From Geosiphon pyriformis uo1 (lineage: Eukaryota; Fungi; Glomeromycota), in contig JAAOMT010000597.1 in NCBI GenBank assembly GCA_016748015.1, forward strand, positions 124,001 to 188,000: a stretch of 64,000 bases of DNA. Reading direction: 5' to 3'. Below are positions 27,401 through 41,565 of the stretch, in pieces. Each line of letters starts with the position of its first letter. Position 1 is the first letter of the stretch. The notes under the pieces are model-generated. The model saw only the letters and a program-made list of their open reading frames with translations. It ran no database searches and was not told the origin of the DNA. Both the position numbers and the translations under genes were made by a program.

Positions 27401-30400
27401 TCTACAAACTTTTAGGCTTCCTGGAGAATCCCAGAAAATTGATCGTATTATGGAGAAGTTTGCTGATAGATACTGTGAAACGAATCCTGATGTATTTGCA
27501 AATGCCGATAGTGCTTACATTCTAGCATATTCTGTAATCATCCTGAATACCGATCAACATTCAGCCCAGGTCAAAAGAAGGATGGATAAATCAGAGTTCA
27601 TAAAAAACAATCGCGGTATCAACAATAATAATGATTTATCACAAGAATTCCTTGGAGCAATTTTTGATGATATTGTAAAAAATGAAATAGTAATGGAAGA
27701 AGAACAAATTTCGGAGGTCGCTAAAACCGCCATTAATATCGCTAATGAACGAGAACGACAAGAGCTTTACAATCGCGAAATCTCCCAGATGCAAAAGAAG
27801 AGCCATGCTTTATTGATCAATACCAAACGACAATCGCCAAAAAATGCAACTTGGCGGAGTGGGTCACATTCAGATCACGTCAAACCAATGTTCGCGGTTG
27901 CTTGTTGGCCAGTAATGGCAACGTTGAGTTTAGTATTTGAGGAGTCGGAGAATATATCCAATACGAACAAAGGGAATGAATTTGCTCAAGCAAATTCGGA
28001 AGCAGTCGATCTTTGCTTAGAAGGATTTATGGGGGCTATTCGAATCAGTAGCGTCTTTTGCATGGCCGTTGAGCGTGATGCTTTTGTTTCTTCTCTGGCT
28101 AAATTAACCAGTTTGAATCACGTGGACGAAATGCGAGCTAAAAATGTTGCAGCTATTCGTACGCTTTTAGCCGCGGCTAACGCTTACGGGGAAGGGCTAC
28201 AAACATCTTGGTTAATTGTATTGAAGACAATTTCTACAATGGAAAGATATCAATTAATTGACAGTACAACAACCTCTGTTAGTTATTCTGCTGAAGGTGT
28301 TCTTAGTGGATTGGATTACTCCCCATTGAATAATCGAGGTAGCGCCTCTCTTCCCGTTGGAACAAATTCGACTCAAATCTCTGAGGCTCCTTCAGTCGTT
28401 GTTACATCAACTGTACCCCGCTCAAACGTAAATACGACGCGACGCGGATCACTTGGGGGCCTAATGAGGGAGTTTCAGTCCCAAAGCACCATTATCGCCA
28501 TCGATCGAATCTTTACTAATAGCGTAAATTTAAGTGCAGATGCTATAGTACATTTTCTTAACGCTCTTTGCACTGTTTCTTTAGAGGAAGTGGACTCTTC
28601 ATTGAGCAACCCACGAATGTACAGTCTGCAAAGGATAGTAGAAATTGGTGGGTAAATTTTCAAAGAATCTTGTAGTTTTTTCATGGTTAGATCTAACGTG
28701 TCAGATGACTTTTATGCACCTTGACACGTAATTTTGGTCGCTCAAAGCGTATTATAATATGTCACGAATACGATTCGAGTGGACACAAATATGGAAGATA
28801 CTACAACCACATTTCATTAAGGTTGGTTGCCACTCAAATCAAATAGTGGCTACCTTTGCTGTTGACTCACTACGACAACTTAGCATGAAATTTTTGGAAA
28901 GGGATGAACTGGCTCATTATAATGCCCAAAGTGAATTCATAAAACCTTTCGAACATATAATAAAAAATACTCCTTCTAGTAGCATTCACGATCTCATTAT
29001 TTCATCTCTCATCCAAATGATTTCCGCACGCGCTCATAATATCAAATCAGGATGGAAAAGCATTTTTATTGTGTTTGGTCGAGCAGCATCGGATGAAAAT
29101 CCACAACTGGTTGATAATGCATTTGGCGTAACTAGACTCGTTTATCAGAAACATATGGATTTGATTGGACCGGCCTTTGGGGAATATGTAAATTGTTTAG
29201 TGGAGTTCGCTTTTAATGCCCGTGAAGAGGAAATTGTCAATGAGGCTATCAGAATGTTGCAAGGTTGCTTGAGAACTTTAGTGAAGGATCTTGACAGTCT
29301 TGAGAAAACTGAAGAGACAAACCTCACATCACCCATAATTATTAGCCAAATTCCGACTATTAAGAGGAAATTGCAACCCATTGAAGAAGAACAATTTTTC
29401 CTAAAATGGTTTCCTGTAATTTCGGGCTTGTCTCGTTTGGTCGTTGATCATACCTCTTTACTTGTGCGCAGTAAGTCATTAGAAGCAATGTTCGACGCTT
29501 TGAAATTGACTGGGCATCTTTTCGAAATAAGTTATTGGAATAAAATTTTGCGAAATACCATAATCCCTATATTTGAAGATCTTAAAGAAACTCATCCCTC
29601 TAAAAAAAAATCAATGACGGCTGATTCAAAAAGGAAGGATGGATCAGTTGAAGTATGGATTCATACCATTCGCTTAATGGTGGAAATTTATACACGCTTT
29701 AATGAAATATTCGCAACCGATTCCGAATTTTTTGTTCAGCTATTAGCTCTATTAATAGCCATGCTCAAACGAAAAAGTGAAAAACTAGCACAAACTGCAA
29801 TTCGGTCTTTTCATAATCTTATTTTAAGAAATGGAACAAAGTTCAGTGAGGAACACTGGGAGGCAGTGACATCTACATTAGAGGAGATCTTTAAATATAC
29901 TACTCCTCATGAATTTTTTGAAGTTGAGCTTATCTCTTTGATTGACAATTCTGATCACAGAAACGAAACTGGTAATCCCAAATCAGTGGCTTCTGTTCGT
30001 GGTGGAGCTTCTGTCATCTTAAGATCAACAGAAACCAATAATAAACCAAAAGAAAAAAGTTTTTCTAATAGTAAAATTGATCGTCATATTTCTTCAAATG
30101 CATCCCCTATTGGCAAGACTGATGTAGATTTTCTATATGCCGTAAACAAATGCTCAACACAACTTGTTATAATTCAATCCGTCAAAGATCTAGTCTTAAC
30201 TCACTCAATCACTCCATGGTCGGATCAAGAAATGCACTACCTTGCAAAAATGCCGGCGAAATGTCGTAATCGATGGCTACGATGTCTCTACAATTCTTAT
30301 AAATTCGCTCATGAATTTAATGCTCGACATGATCTTCGTCATGCTCTCTGGAAATCTGGTTATGTGGAGAAAATGCCTAATCTCGCAATGCAAGAAACAT

Positions 30401-30870
30401 TATCAATGTCAGTTTTTCTTCAGATTCTATTTGACCTGTATCGAACTGTGGGGGACGATGATCCTGATTTATTGCAACCTCTAGTAGAAAAATCGACTAA
30501 TGTTCTTGAACGATTTATTACAATAATAACCGATCCTAATATACATAACCAACCGCGAGAACTTTCGACTTGGTCTCCATTAGTAATAACAGTATTCAAA
30601 GAGTTATGTGAGACTCGGTGGGACGAGAGTAGAGACGATGACTTTATGTCAGAAGATAACATAGATGGATTATCGGAGCAACCAAAAGATAGTGAGAATA
30701 GTGGAAAGCAACCCCCTCGATTTATTGGCATGCGAAAAAGGATACCAGAATTTTATAAATTGACATTAAAGATGATTGGAGTAGATAGAGCGGATGTGAG
30801 GACTGCTATGCAGGAATTTCTTGAAAAGATTGGTAACGAGTTTTTGAACGTTGATCGTTGGGATCTTTAA
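24420..30870 (+). CDS. SEC7: Large Arf guanine-nucleotide exchange factor Sec7/BIG (2 exons, intron 28648-28747)
   Basis: DCB (ALDSLQKLIAH), HUS (YLNYDCD), Sec7 catalytic FRLPGESQKIDR, HDS domains; splicing restores VEIAYYNMSRIR. Confidence 0.97.
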
Positions 30871-31101
30871 GACAACCTTGAAACTATCAAACCATTCAAC
30901 TTTTCTGGCTTATAAGCATAAGGAATGATAAATCTCGTCTATTAACCTAGCTATTTACCCACTTATCCTGCAACGCAAGCGTTGTGTACAAATTATTTAG
31001 AGAATTAATCTTGTAATAGACCTGCCTTTTGAAATTCCTGTACCCCAGTTTCAATTTATAGTATTTATAGAGTTTTACAAGCAAAAAATATTTTTACCTT
31101 C

Positions 31102-33129
31102 TTAATCACCGGTCGATCCGGAAATTTTCTTGGCGCTAAATATATGCATCTGACTGTCTTCGCCACCAGCTAAAAGCAACTCGTATGACCAGTCAATACA
31201 TAACAATTTTTTGTCTGTTTTTCCCTTACCCGTTTGTAAAATGTATAATGGGGTTTTGCTGCGGATGTCCCAGATCCTTATAGTAGAATCATAAGAAGCA
31301 CTTGCCAAAAGAAACGGAGAGTCGTGGGACCAAGAAACAGCCGATACCCAATTTTGATGTGACGCTAAAGATAGTTTTACCACTGCAATATCTGTGAAAT
31401 ATCAAAAGTGTAATCAAATCTTACATTTCAAAAAATTAGAAGATTTATTAAATTAAATATATACCTTCCGCACGAGGATCCCACAGACGAACTACACGAT
31501 CAGGATGACCAGACGCAATAAGTCCAGATTTGGAAGAATGTGCCACATTGTTGACAACTTTTCCACAGTTCTTGATTTCAAAGGACATCATGTTATTTGA
31601 AGATATCGAAAATGCTGCTTGAACACATTAAGAAAATTCACCTTTGTATCAATATTGACCCTTGATTCGACATCCCAAATTCGTATTGAATGATCCCATC
31701 CACCACTATATAATTTGGATGAGTCGGTGTTGTCAAAAATCACGGAAGAAACAGGGCCTATATGTCCATTGAAGGAGCCTATAGGTTTCTAATGAGTGAT
31801 TTTGAGTAAGCAATCACGAAACAAAATACATCCAAATTTTCGTGGAGGGAATTATTATCATTTTTGGCTTCTACCTTGGTAACCGTTTCTTTCGGATACT
31901 TTTGGACTTTTCTCCTCTTTTTCATGGATTTAATTACTTCGTGATCTGATTCAGATTCATCTAACGGAGCTGTTGTCCAAAGAAGAATTAAGGAATCGCA
32001 AGAGGCACTTGCAAACTTTCCATGAAACCAAATTAGTATAATTGATAATATTAATAATTTAATTCAAAAATTGTACCTCAGTTCCAGTGGCATTAATAGT
32101 AATGCTTTCTACGCCTCCTTTATGACCATGGCATTCATACAAGACACCAGAACTATCATTTGAGAGAGAAGTCTGGACAAAGAAAAGGTCATATTTCACA
32201 TTTCCAATCAAAACTAAATGGGAAAGAGAGAGGCAAAAGGCTAAAAGCAAAACGTACATGCCATGCACGGATGGTACGATCTTGCGACGCACTCAAACAA
32301 ATGATTTCTTCATTATCTAATGTGATCAAGAATGTTGAGAACAAACCTAAAACCAAAGGAGCTTGTTGAAATTCTGAGAAGCCCAACCTTGCGATGAACC
32401 CCAAGCGACACTTTTCACTGGTCCTTGATGTCCCACGAGGGTATGTATACATTTTCCTGATTTATTCCATATGCGGACCTTATTATCATATGATCCGGTT
32501 AAAAAAAAACTTACAACGCAAGTGATTTGAAATTTTGCTCTGAGTTTATTGGAGTGGGTCCTCGATAGCGATCAATCCGACCGTAATGCATGCTGAAATA
32601 CCATCATACCCTTTGTTGTGACTTTTCACGGAACTTATCCAATCATCATGCTGATAAGCAGATAAAGGAGCCGGTGGAAGCATAGATTCCACATATTCAA
32701 GGGAAATTACATTTTCCTAAAACAGCGACAAAAGAAGTAATAGATCATTAGTTTTGCATAAAGTGATTATTAACCATCAAATAAAATTAGTTTTACGGTG
32801 GATAAGCCAGCATTTTGCAAATATTCTGATAGACTCGTTCGCAAAAACTGGCCTTCAATTAGAAAATCAAAAGGAACCGGCTTTTCTAAAATTCATTGAA
32901 AACATTAGGATTTCAAAAGTCCGACCCATAAAATCTTCGATACTTATGAAAAGCTTTTAATATAATAAGTACCATAGGCTAAGAGATGATTAATAATTTC
33001 CGAAAGACCATAACGACGTAGTTCTGCCGGTACAAGAATAGCCGAGTCGGTAACCGCATACTTTGATTGTTGAGTGAAAAAACGTACTTGAACTTGGGGT
33101 CCTAAAGTTTTAACTGTATCGAATTCCAT
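31102..33129 (-). CDS. YTM1: Ribosome biogenesis WD40 protein Ytm1/WDR12 (multi-exon)
   Basis: QVQVRFFT..VPAELRRYGLSEIINHLL, PFDFLIEG (UBL/NLE domain), HDDWISSV, WD repeats, SGHPDRVVRLWDPR. Confidence 0.93.
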
Positions 33130-33545
33130 ATGTTGGTATAGAAATTATATGCGCAAATTTAACAAAAAAAACAAATCACGTTATTGACAACTCATCTCGC
33201 TATTAAGAATGACAAGGTCACACTTTTTCAAAATAAAAATAGCCAATACAATGTAGTTAAGATTTCCCAATTTTATTTCCCAAACACATAAAATAGCTCA
33301 TGCTTAAGACAACAAGTATTTGTTAAAATACAATGTAGTAATTTTATTAAAACTTAATACATAAATAAAAGGCTTTACATTTTAATATATCATTATCGAA
33401 GGAATGCAAGACTCAATCTAACGATCTAATGGTGTATATTATTTGTTTCAACCAAAAAAAATGCTTGATTAAAATGACCAAGTTTTGAAAAGTGGGCATG
33501 ATGGAAACTCAATTTCAACCAGAGATATGACAGATTAATAGTTTA

Positions 33546-34538
33546 CTAGCCAAATTCTTCTCGTTTTTTCTGAGCAGCAACAAATGCTGCTCGGGTTTTG
33601 AAATAGTCCTTATGTAGTCCACATTCACTTTTGTTTTGACCTTCCCATCTTCCACTTCTTTCATCAGCAGAATCCGTGGTTGGTTTTGTGCTATGCCAAT
33701 CACCGATAGATCGATAACCTTGATTTAGTAATGAATTATATGGAACCTAAAAATAGGAAAAATTAGAGTGAATTTTCGACTTCAAAAATTCTCACGACGG
33801 GACTATAATTTTCGAATTAAGTACCTTATTGTCTTTGATATAACTCCACACTTGGCTGAACTCCCAATGCGCCAAAGGATTCAATTTTAATAGGCCTGTT
33901 CCTTTTTCTAACTCTAAAATACTAATATTTTCCCTTTCTCCACGTTGGCTACGTCTACGACCAGTAATAATTGCCGTGACTCCTAATTGATTATATGCGC
34001 GCCTTGACGGTTCTACTTTTGTTAAATAGTCATAACTATCTTCGTCGACTTCCCATAATTTTGGCCCGTGCTTTTGTTCAAAATCTTTCACTGTTTCACA
34101 CTCGGCTGGTTTAAATGTATATAAACATGTATTATATTGAGAGGAAGCTCTGTCTGCAAGTGCCAGAGTTTCAGGAAAATGGTATAATGTATCGAGAAAA
34201 ATCAGTGGAATTAGATGTTCGGATTTATTTCCATTTTCTGTTCCCTGTTCCACACTGAGTTTAGATATCATATCAAGAATAACTAATCCTAAAGAGAAAA
34301 GTTTTAAAAAGAAGAAAATTATTCAACAAGGGTTCTCATAAAAAGCTTAGGTAATATCGTATCTGAGTAAAAAGTTCGAGTCAGACTCACCTGTAAGTCC
34401 AAAAGCAGTGGTCTGATATAAACCAGGTAAAGTGACAATGGCCCATTCTATAATTTTTTGTGGTGACAATTTTGCCAATTTTTCATTAATAAATTTCAGA
34501 TGAGTTTCGGTGAACAAAACATGTTTTTGATTTGACAT
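33546..34538 (-). CDS. MET16: PAPS reductase (3 exons)
   Basis: LYQTTAFGLTG, IFLDTLYHFPET, YDYLTKVEP, TGRRRSQ, GYRSIGD, ERSGRW, C-terminal ECGLH. Confidence 0.95.
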
Positions 34539-34866
34539 TTTTTTTTTTTAGGTCTCAAGGGAATGCAAAAAAGTATAAAATGAAAAATTGCCACAAGTGA
34601 TATATATGTATATTTCTTGGGATCATAGCTTGCATTTTGATGCGAATCTTGGGCCAATTATAATCTGTATAGATGGCGTCAATATCATAAGGATGAGGAA
34701 TATTTCTTGGTTAAAAATCCCTCGAAAGATACAGGGTTGTTGATTTAATTTTGGTGGAAACCATTTCCATTCTCGTGGATTGAATACTTCGAAAATACGT
34801 GTATAGGATGATCTTAGCATTTATAATTAAAGTATCTTCTCCATAATTCCAACACCTATTCTTTTC

Positions 34867-36959
34867 ATGTTGGCTAAACAGGCCTGTTTATTTCGACCCA
34901 AAGGTCATAATATTTCCCGCTTTTTCTCAACCCATACTCCTTTGTATCAATATTTATTCGCGTGGGGCACGTTACCTTCCTTTTCTGGGGAACCTTCACA
35001 ACAAACAGTATCCACAGTCCCAAAGTTGTTGGACTTAGGTCACCTTATCAGCACAGATTTAACAACTGAGGAGAAAAAGGTAAAGAAAAGCGGCTTCGCC
35101 TTGCATCAAGTTAACTAAGTGAGCAAAGGATCGTTTCCCTTCTCACTAATCTTATTTTCAAAGTCTCTCAAGATTACACAATTAGCCGCCGGCTGGGCTC
35201 ACTCTCTTATAGCTTTCAAGTATGGAAAAGGTCTTGAAAAAACCGGAATCTTTTCGATGGGTTTAAATACATCTGGCCAATTAGGTAATCATTTGGATTT
35301 TAAAACTTTCTTTTAGTCAAATGTCTCGTTTTTTAATTTTCTCTATTCGTGCTTAGGCGAGATATTTATTCTCACTATTATGTGACTCTTTGAATTTCTA
35401 GGACTTGGTAAGATCTCTAAGAATGGATTTCAGAAGGGAATCATAAAAACATTGCCCAATGATAAAGAAGTAAGAGCTTTAGCATGTGGAAGGCTTCACT
35501 CTTTTGTACTTCTATCCGGGAACGACGGTAGGTTATGGCTTTAATATAAGATATTTAGTTCACAAATGCTTTTGAAATATCCATGAGGCAAATCACCAGA
35601 TCACCCAATATTTTGACTAATAAGGAAAGAAAGAGGTATATGGATTCGGGGATAATATGTACGGACAACTTGGCTTAGACAAAAATAAAGATTATGTTGG
35701 CTTCGAGAACGAGTTTCAATTAAACAATGTTTGTGAGCCTTTACCCTGTGGCCTTAACATTCCGGCTCCGTCTGATCATGTCAGGCAGATAACATGTGGA
35801 CTAGATCACACCATATTACTAACTGGTAATAATTCTTCTTTAATATATAATCTTATAAAAAGATTGAAGCTCCTTCATCAAGTAGGAATCATATGTCTCT
35901 AATATTTTATTTCCAGAGCAAAATGCCCTATATTCCATGGGTTGGGGCTCCGATGGGCAACTTGGTCTGGGTGGTAATAGCACATCTGATAAATCTATTC
36001 CGACCTTAATAACGGGTTTAAAAGGCGAATTAGTACGCAAAATTGCTTCTACAACTGATTTCACCATGGCCTTATTAGGTGAGCTTTTACTTGTGAAAGA
36101 TAAAGAGTGGTTTCTGTTTCAATCAAACTCATTTATCATATTCCAAGAAAATGGGGACTTATGGACATGGGGAAATTCCGAATATGGACAATGCATTTCA
36201 GGCGCAAAAGTTGATCGGGTTCATAATCTCCCTTAATTTCAGAGTTTTCGGAGCTGGGAGCTTAATTCGCCTAATCACTTTGATAAATGTCCCAGATTTT
36301 AGAGCCCTGGCGGATTCAAACTGGACATAGAGTTGTAGATGTTGCCGGTGGAGGCCCATTTAGCCTATTTTTAGATGGTATGTTAATTTTTTGAGCCTTT
36401 CAGGTGAAATAATTCTGTAATGATGATTGAAAAGTTCAGGGGCCAACTGAATTTAATACCAATGACTGAAATGAACTTGCTAATATAATAAAGCTAAAAT
36501 AGTATTCTGAAAAAGTCCTATTATAATTGTCCCTTAATATATAATCCGCCAAACCATTTTTTACGATACTGATAATTTTTTTCAATAGATCAAGGAGACG
36601 TTTTTGTTTGTGGCTATGGTGCTTTGGGGTTAGGAGAAGGGGTGATCGAGAAATTAACCCCAACTCGAATTCCACAATTGAGTAATATACTGGCTATATA
36701 TTGTGGAACAGATTATGCCGCTGCCATTTCTGGTAAGCGTTTGGATCAAATTTTCAGGGAATCTTTTAATCTAATGACATTATCATCTTTTCTAGAATCC
36801 AAAGATTTATATACATGGGGATTGGGAGGGCCCTCAGGGCGTCTAGGTCTTTGCCACCTTAATAACCAATATATGCCCTCAATAGTCAAATTTCCTGAAA
36901 AAGTCAATATTGTGACGATTGCTTGTGGATCTTATCATGTCTTAGCTTTATGCAATTGA
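34867..36959 (+). CDS. RCC1-repeat protein with probable mitochondrial presequence (RCC1L/WBSCR16-like)
   Basis: Repeats such as AAGWAHS, GLNTSGQLG, ITCGLDHT, GWGSDGQLG, WGNSEYGQC, IACGSYH; basic, non-acidic N-terminus. Confidence 0.85.
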
Positions 36960-37700
36960 ATGAATTGGGCTCAATAATACAAAGTACCTTCATGGAATAA
37001 ATTTCTTGATTTTCCACGGAATTGGAATTGCAAAACCTTTTGTAATATATTTTATTATATATAGATAAATAATTAAATTATACTTAATTAAAACATTTAA
37101 ATAAATTAACTATTAATAATTAGATAATTTAAACCAATAATATAATACTAAAATATTAATAAAGATTGAAAAAATGTTTTATAATTGTTTTATTAACAAT
37201 ATTTGAAAATATTTTGTTGTACATATTTTAAAACAGTATTTTAAATTTGTATTTGTATTTGTTTTATATTGCGATTTTTTAAAGTTTTTTGTTTGTGTGT
37301 TTATTAAGTTTTTTTTTTAAACATATTTGTAAAACTTAATTTAAGACTTTATTCCAGCCTTTTGTAATTAACTGATGAGAATTTTTAATATAAAAATAAT
37401 AATTTTAATAAGCAAATTTTGTCAAGTTTATTCAGAGCTGGCTTATTCTGCGTTAATCCGAAAATCTTGCATTTAACTTGTGACTTAATAAACCCAATCC
37501 AAAGCACATTCAACACAGATAGTCCGTCTTTTTTCAATTTGCAGAAGGTTTATTTGCTTTAAGCATAATACTCAAGACAAAAAACCAAAAATAAGAGTGA
37601 TCTATTGCCTACGATATACGAATTTAAGCCCAAAATTAAACTACTCCTTGATAAAACTATTCTAAACTCTAACTTTCTGATTTGCTGAAATAAAAATGAT

Positions 37701-40700
37701 TTAATGGGACGCATTAGTATTACTTGATGAGGAAGGTGTGATTGTAATTAATGCTGTTTCCGTAGCTGTGCTCGTAGTTGCCGGGGTGGTCAGGTTATTT
37801 GGTGAGAGCATGGGCGTGTTACCACCAGTAATGTTGACAGTACTTGACTTTTTTAACTGTTCGATTTTAACCTTTAGAGCCTCGTTTTCCTTTCGAAGCT
37901 CTTCATTTTCTTGAATAATCGATTGAATCTGTCGATCAAGGGCTCCCTTTGAGAATGAATCCAAGTCTTTATTAATCAGGTCGAAAATTTTCAAACTTTT
38001 CGGAATAGTTAGATTAATGCTTACCAAAGAGGCAGTCACCTCATTTGTCATAAATTTACCTTCACCTGAATTTCCATTAATTTGTAAGAGTTTTTGCATG
38101 TTTTTCTGTTGCTGTGCTTTGAAATTAATAATCGGTTCACTTTCGTTCAATCCCATCAACTCACTTAAAATTGTATGCTGTGCTTCGTTCTGCTTCAGTA
38201 ATGTTTGAATATGAAAATACAGAGAGCTTGATTCTATTTTTAAGCCTTGACCCCGTGAGATTGAAGAAGATGGAGAAATGCCAGGAGATTGGCCAATATG
38301 AGTAGAATGTGGGGAGTAGGTCGTTTCAGACGTTGAAGCCTTTCCTAAAAGGAGAGATCCAGCATAATAACATTGTTAAACAATTTGGGGTCAAAGGAGA
38401 TAAAAAGCTTAAAACGTTAATCGCTTTAATATGATATAAGTTTAATATTCATGAGAGAATTATATATTCTAAATATATTATACCACTCGATACTTCAAAT
38501 CTTCCTATTTTGGTACCATGAATCTTTTCTGCAGTGGGTTCGTTGTTGATCCCGTTTTCGGATTGGACTCGACTTATCTGCTTAGAAAAAGGACCTTCCC
38601 TCGATTGTAAAGTTTCGTTCCTAGAGATGGCCGACTCACGGGGGAGTGAAGAAGGCGATTGAGGTAATTCTCTCTGTTTACTTGGCGCTAAACCATTAGC
38701 CTCTTGAGTATCAATCGGTTGAGATGTTGCAACTTGAAACTTAAATCGGCCTCGCCTGCTTTCTACAGCCATAATGTTTACATAATAAATGCAAAGCACT
38801 CATAAGTTTTCTAAACCTTAAAACGATGATACACCAATTCGTTCGTCACCTGTAGTTAGATTTTCATTAGAGGACTCTTTACTTAATGGTGTCTGTAGTG
38901 TTTCTATGTCATTTTGTGAACCACCAGATGCTGAAATTTCTCTTGGTTTAGTATTTTCAAGTACACTGAATCTTCCCTTTTTGATTTCCCCTTGAGATTG
39001 TTGTGATAAATGGTGTTCAATAATGTGGGACGATTGATTATTTAATCCATCTTCTCTCTGTGATATCAAATACTGTTGACTTGGTAAAGATGATTGTATG
39101 ATTTGATCCCCAGAGGTCGAATGTTTAGGAAGCACAGTAGGAAGAGATGACGATAATAAGACGCTCGGATCAGAGTGGGAACCTTCTTCCACAAGATGCC
39201 GAGCTTTTGTTGATAAAGAATTTGTCGCATCGGTCTCAATATCTTTATCAAGATCATCTGAAGGTATGAAAGATACCCGTTTGTATCCAGGAATTGATGT
39301 ATCTGCCGATAATAATGATGTTTCTTCCATTTCTTTGATAGAAACTTGGTCAATATCATCCCCTTTGTCACCGATTTCAAAGTCCCAAGATACAGGTCTT
39401 TGATAAATAACTGGTTTTTGTTGAACTCCTAGTAAAAAGGCATTAATTTGACTGTGTTTAACAATTCTATTTCATGATATTCAACATACTTTTGTGAGGC
39501 CTTTCTTCTAACGGCGGTAGATTCTGTAACAATTTAGTTACAAGAAATTCTTTCCTCTTGGCTTGTCTGAAAAAGGCATGACTCAAAAGTTTTTCCGTAT
39601 TTGGTCTGATTTTAATATTTTCTCAATAAATTGTATTAAATGAAGATATTCGATTATATATAAATGTTTAAGCAAATAATTTACCTTTTGGTCGGATCTT
39701 TTTGCAAACACGAATCAATCATCTCCTTGAGAGATTTTGTGTATTTATGTTTAGTAGAATCTCTATTAAGAGTTGGTGGGTCGTTTGAAATTGTAAGCAT
39801 GAGCACCTAGATCATTAAACCAAAGTTATCATAAATAAGACGCCTTATTGGATAGAATGAATGGAATATGTCGTGATCTTAAATGGAAACCTTTATTGGT
39901 GGATATTTCGCAAAAGGCGCATGACCTGTCGCAAGTTCAATTGCAGTAATCCCAAATGACCAAATGTCAGCCTTGTAATCATATCCATTTTGTTCCATCA
40001 CCTCAGGTGCCATCCAACAGGGCTAAAATTGAAGAAATCTCGGAGATTCAGAAAAAATGTTTAAAGATGATAAAAAGTCTTTTTATACATTTATTACCGT
40101 TCCCACAAAGGTCCTTCGGTAATTTCTGCGATCTCCGTTTTCGAGGGAAGACGAAACCCCGAAATCTGCGAGCAAAACTGAACCATCATCATCCATTAAA
40201 AGATTTCCAGCTTTAACATCTCTATTAAGAATGTAAAAATTGGGTATCATGGTAAATCAATTCGTGTATATAACCAGTTTAATGTTCATTTGCGGCTTGC
40301 CTATGGATATATCCCTGCTTGTGCAAATAATCTAATCCCTGTAAAGCCTGTTTTAATATAGTAGCTATGACTACCTCTTCTAGCCCGTCAGGATGTGCAG
40401 TCTTCATAATATCCAAGCAAGAGCCTGGTGAACCAAAACCATAAATGTTTAAAATTCGAGTGATACGTAGGAAGACACTGGATTAATCGGAACATACCAG
40501 CAGACATATAAGGCGTAACAATATATAGTTTGGAATCATTGACGAAAGAACCATGGACACCAAGAATGTTGGCATGTTTTGATAAGGACATTAATTGTGT
40601 TTCTCTCTGTTGAATTTCATTGATGAAACCAATAAATATTTTTTGATAACTTATATTAGATTAAAAATCAAATCATATTGACGGATATCGAGTGGGATAA

Positions 40701-41062
40701 ACATAAGATAATTACCCGTAATTCATCAATTTGATTCCTTTCAAAATAATCCAGATCAATTATTTTTATTGCTACTTTCTTGCTTGAAGGGATATATATG
40801 GCATTATATACAATTGCAGAAGAACCATATCCTATTGTTCAAGGAGTACCAAGGGAAAAGCAATTGTAAGAGGAGGCAGGCATCTCAATAGTGGAGAGAA
40901 TTTAAAGACTAAGTGTGAAAATTTTGAACCTATAGGGCTTTGAATCTCATAATCTTCAAAGTGGCTTGAGAATGCGTGCTCCTCCGAATTAGTGGGAAGT
41001 GGAGAAGATCCATAAGATACACTCATACTTCGTCTTTGAACTTGTGGCCCTGGTTTCTCCAT
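37701..41062 (-). CDS. STE20/GCK-VI family Ser/Thr kinase, OSR1/SPAK-like, with C-terminal coiled coil (multi-exon)
   Basis: [81 protein letters not shown]. Confidence 0.9.
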
Positions 41063-41565
41063 GATATAAAAACGAGATTTACAAAATGGCCTTGTCCCAA
41101 CTCATTGTAAATAGTTGAAATTCACAAGAATTTCAAGTTTTAATTATCCGCTAGAATCAGTGATAGCAAAGATGTCTGACTGCTAAGATTGGGTTAAGGC
41201 AGTTCTGACCTCTAGGCGCTAAAGTCGTGCGACATTCTTTTTTGATCACTAACAGTTTACTTTTAATAGCTGAAAGCAACACATCCTTTCCGTCGAAAGT
41301 ATCAACTATTAAACAGACGCTACCAATGACGGAAAGTAGTTACCCTTTCACCGATAAATTGCAAATGAGAGTATATACCTAATCAGTAATTTAGAGACTC
41401 GAAAATCTACTATTAGCGGAAAGGCTCATCTTATCTTTTTCGATATAGAATTTAGGAGAATATTAAGAATATTCAACAGATAAATCAAACTTTACAACTC
41501 AGATTACTTATCGACGTTTAAAATTTCAAAATTTTGAGGGCTTTTGTCATTTTTGCGAAAAATTT

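Noticed and set aside
41286-41336. 9-bp inverted repeat CTTTCCGTC/GACGGAAAG
   Set aside because: Single short stem with a long loop; compatible with chance.
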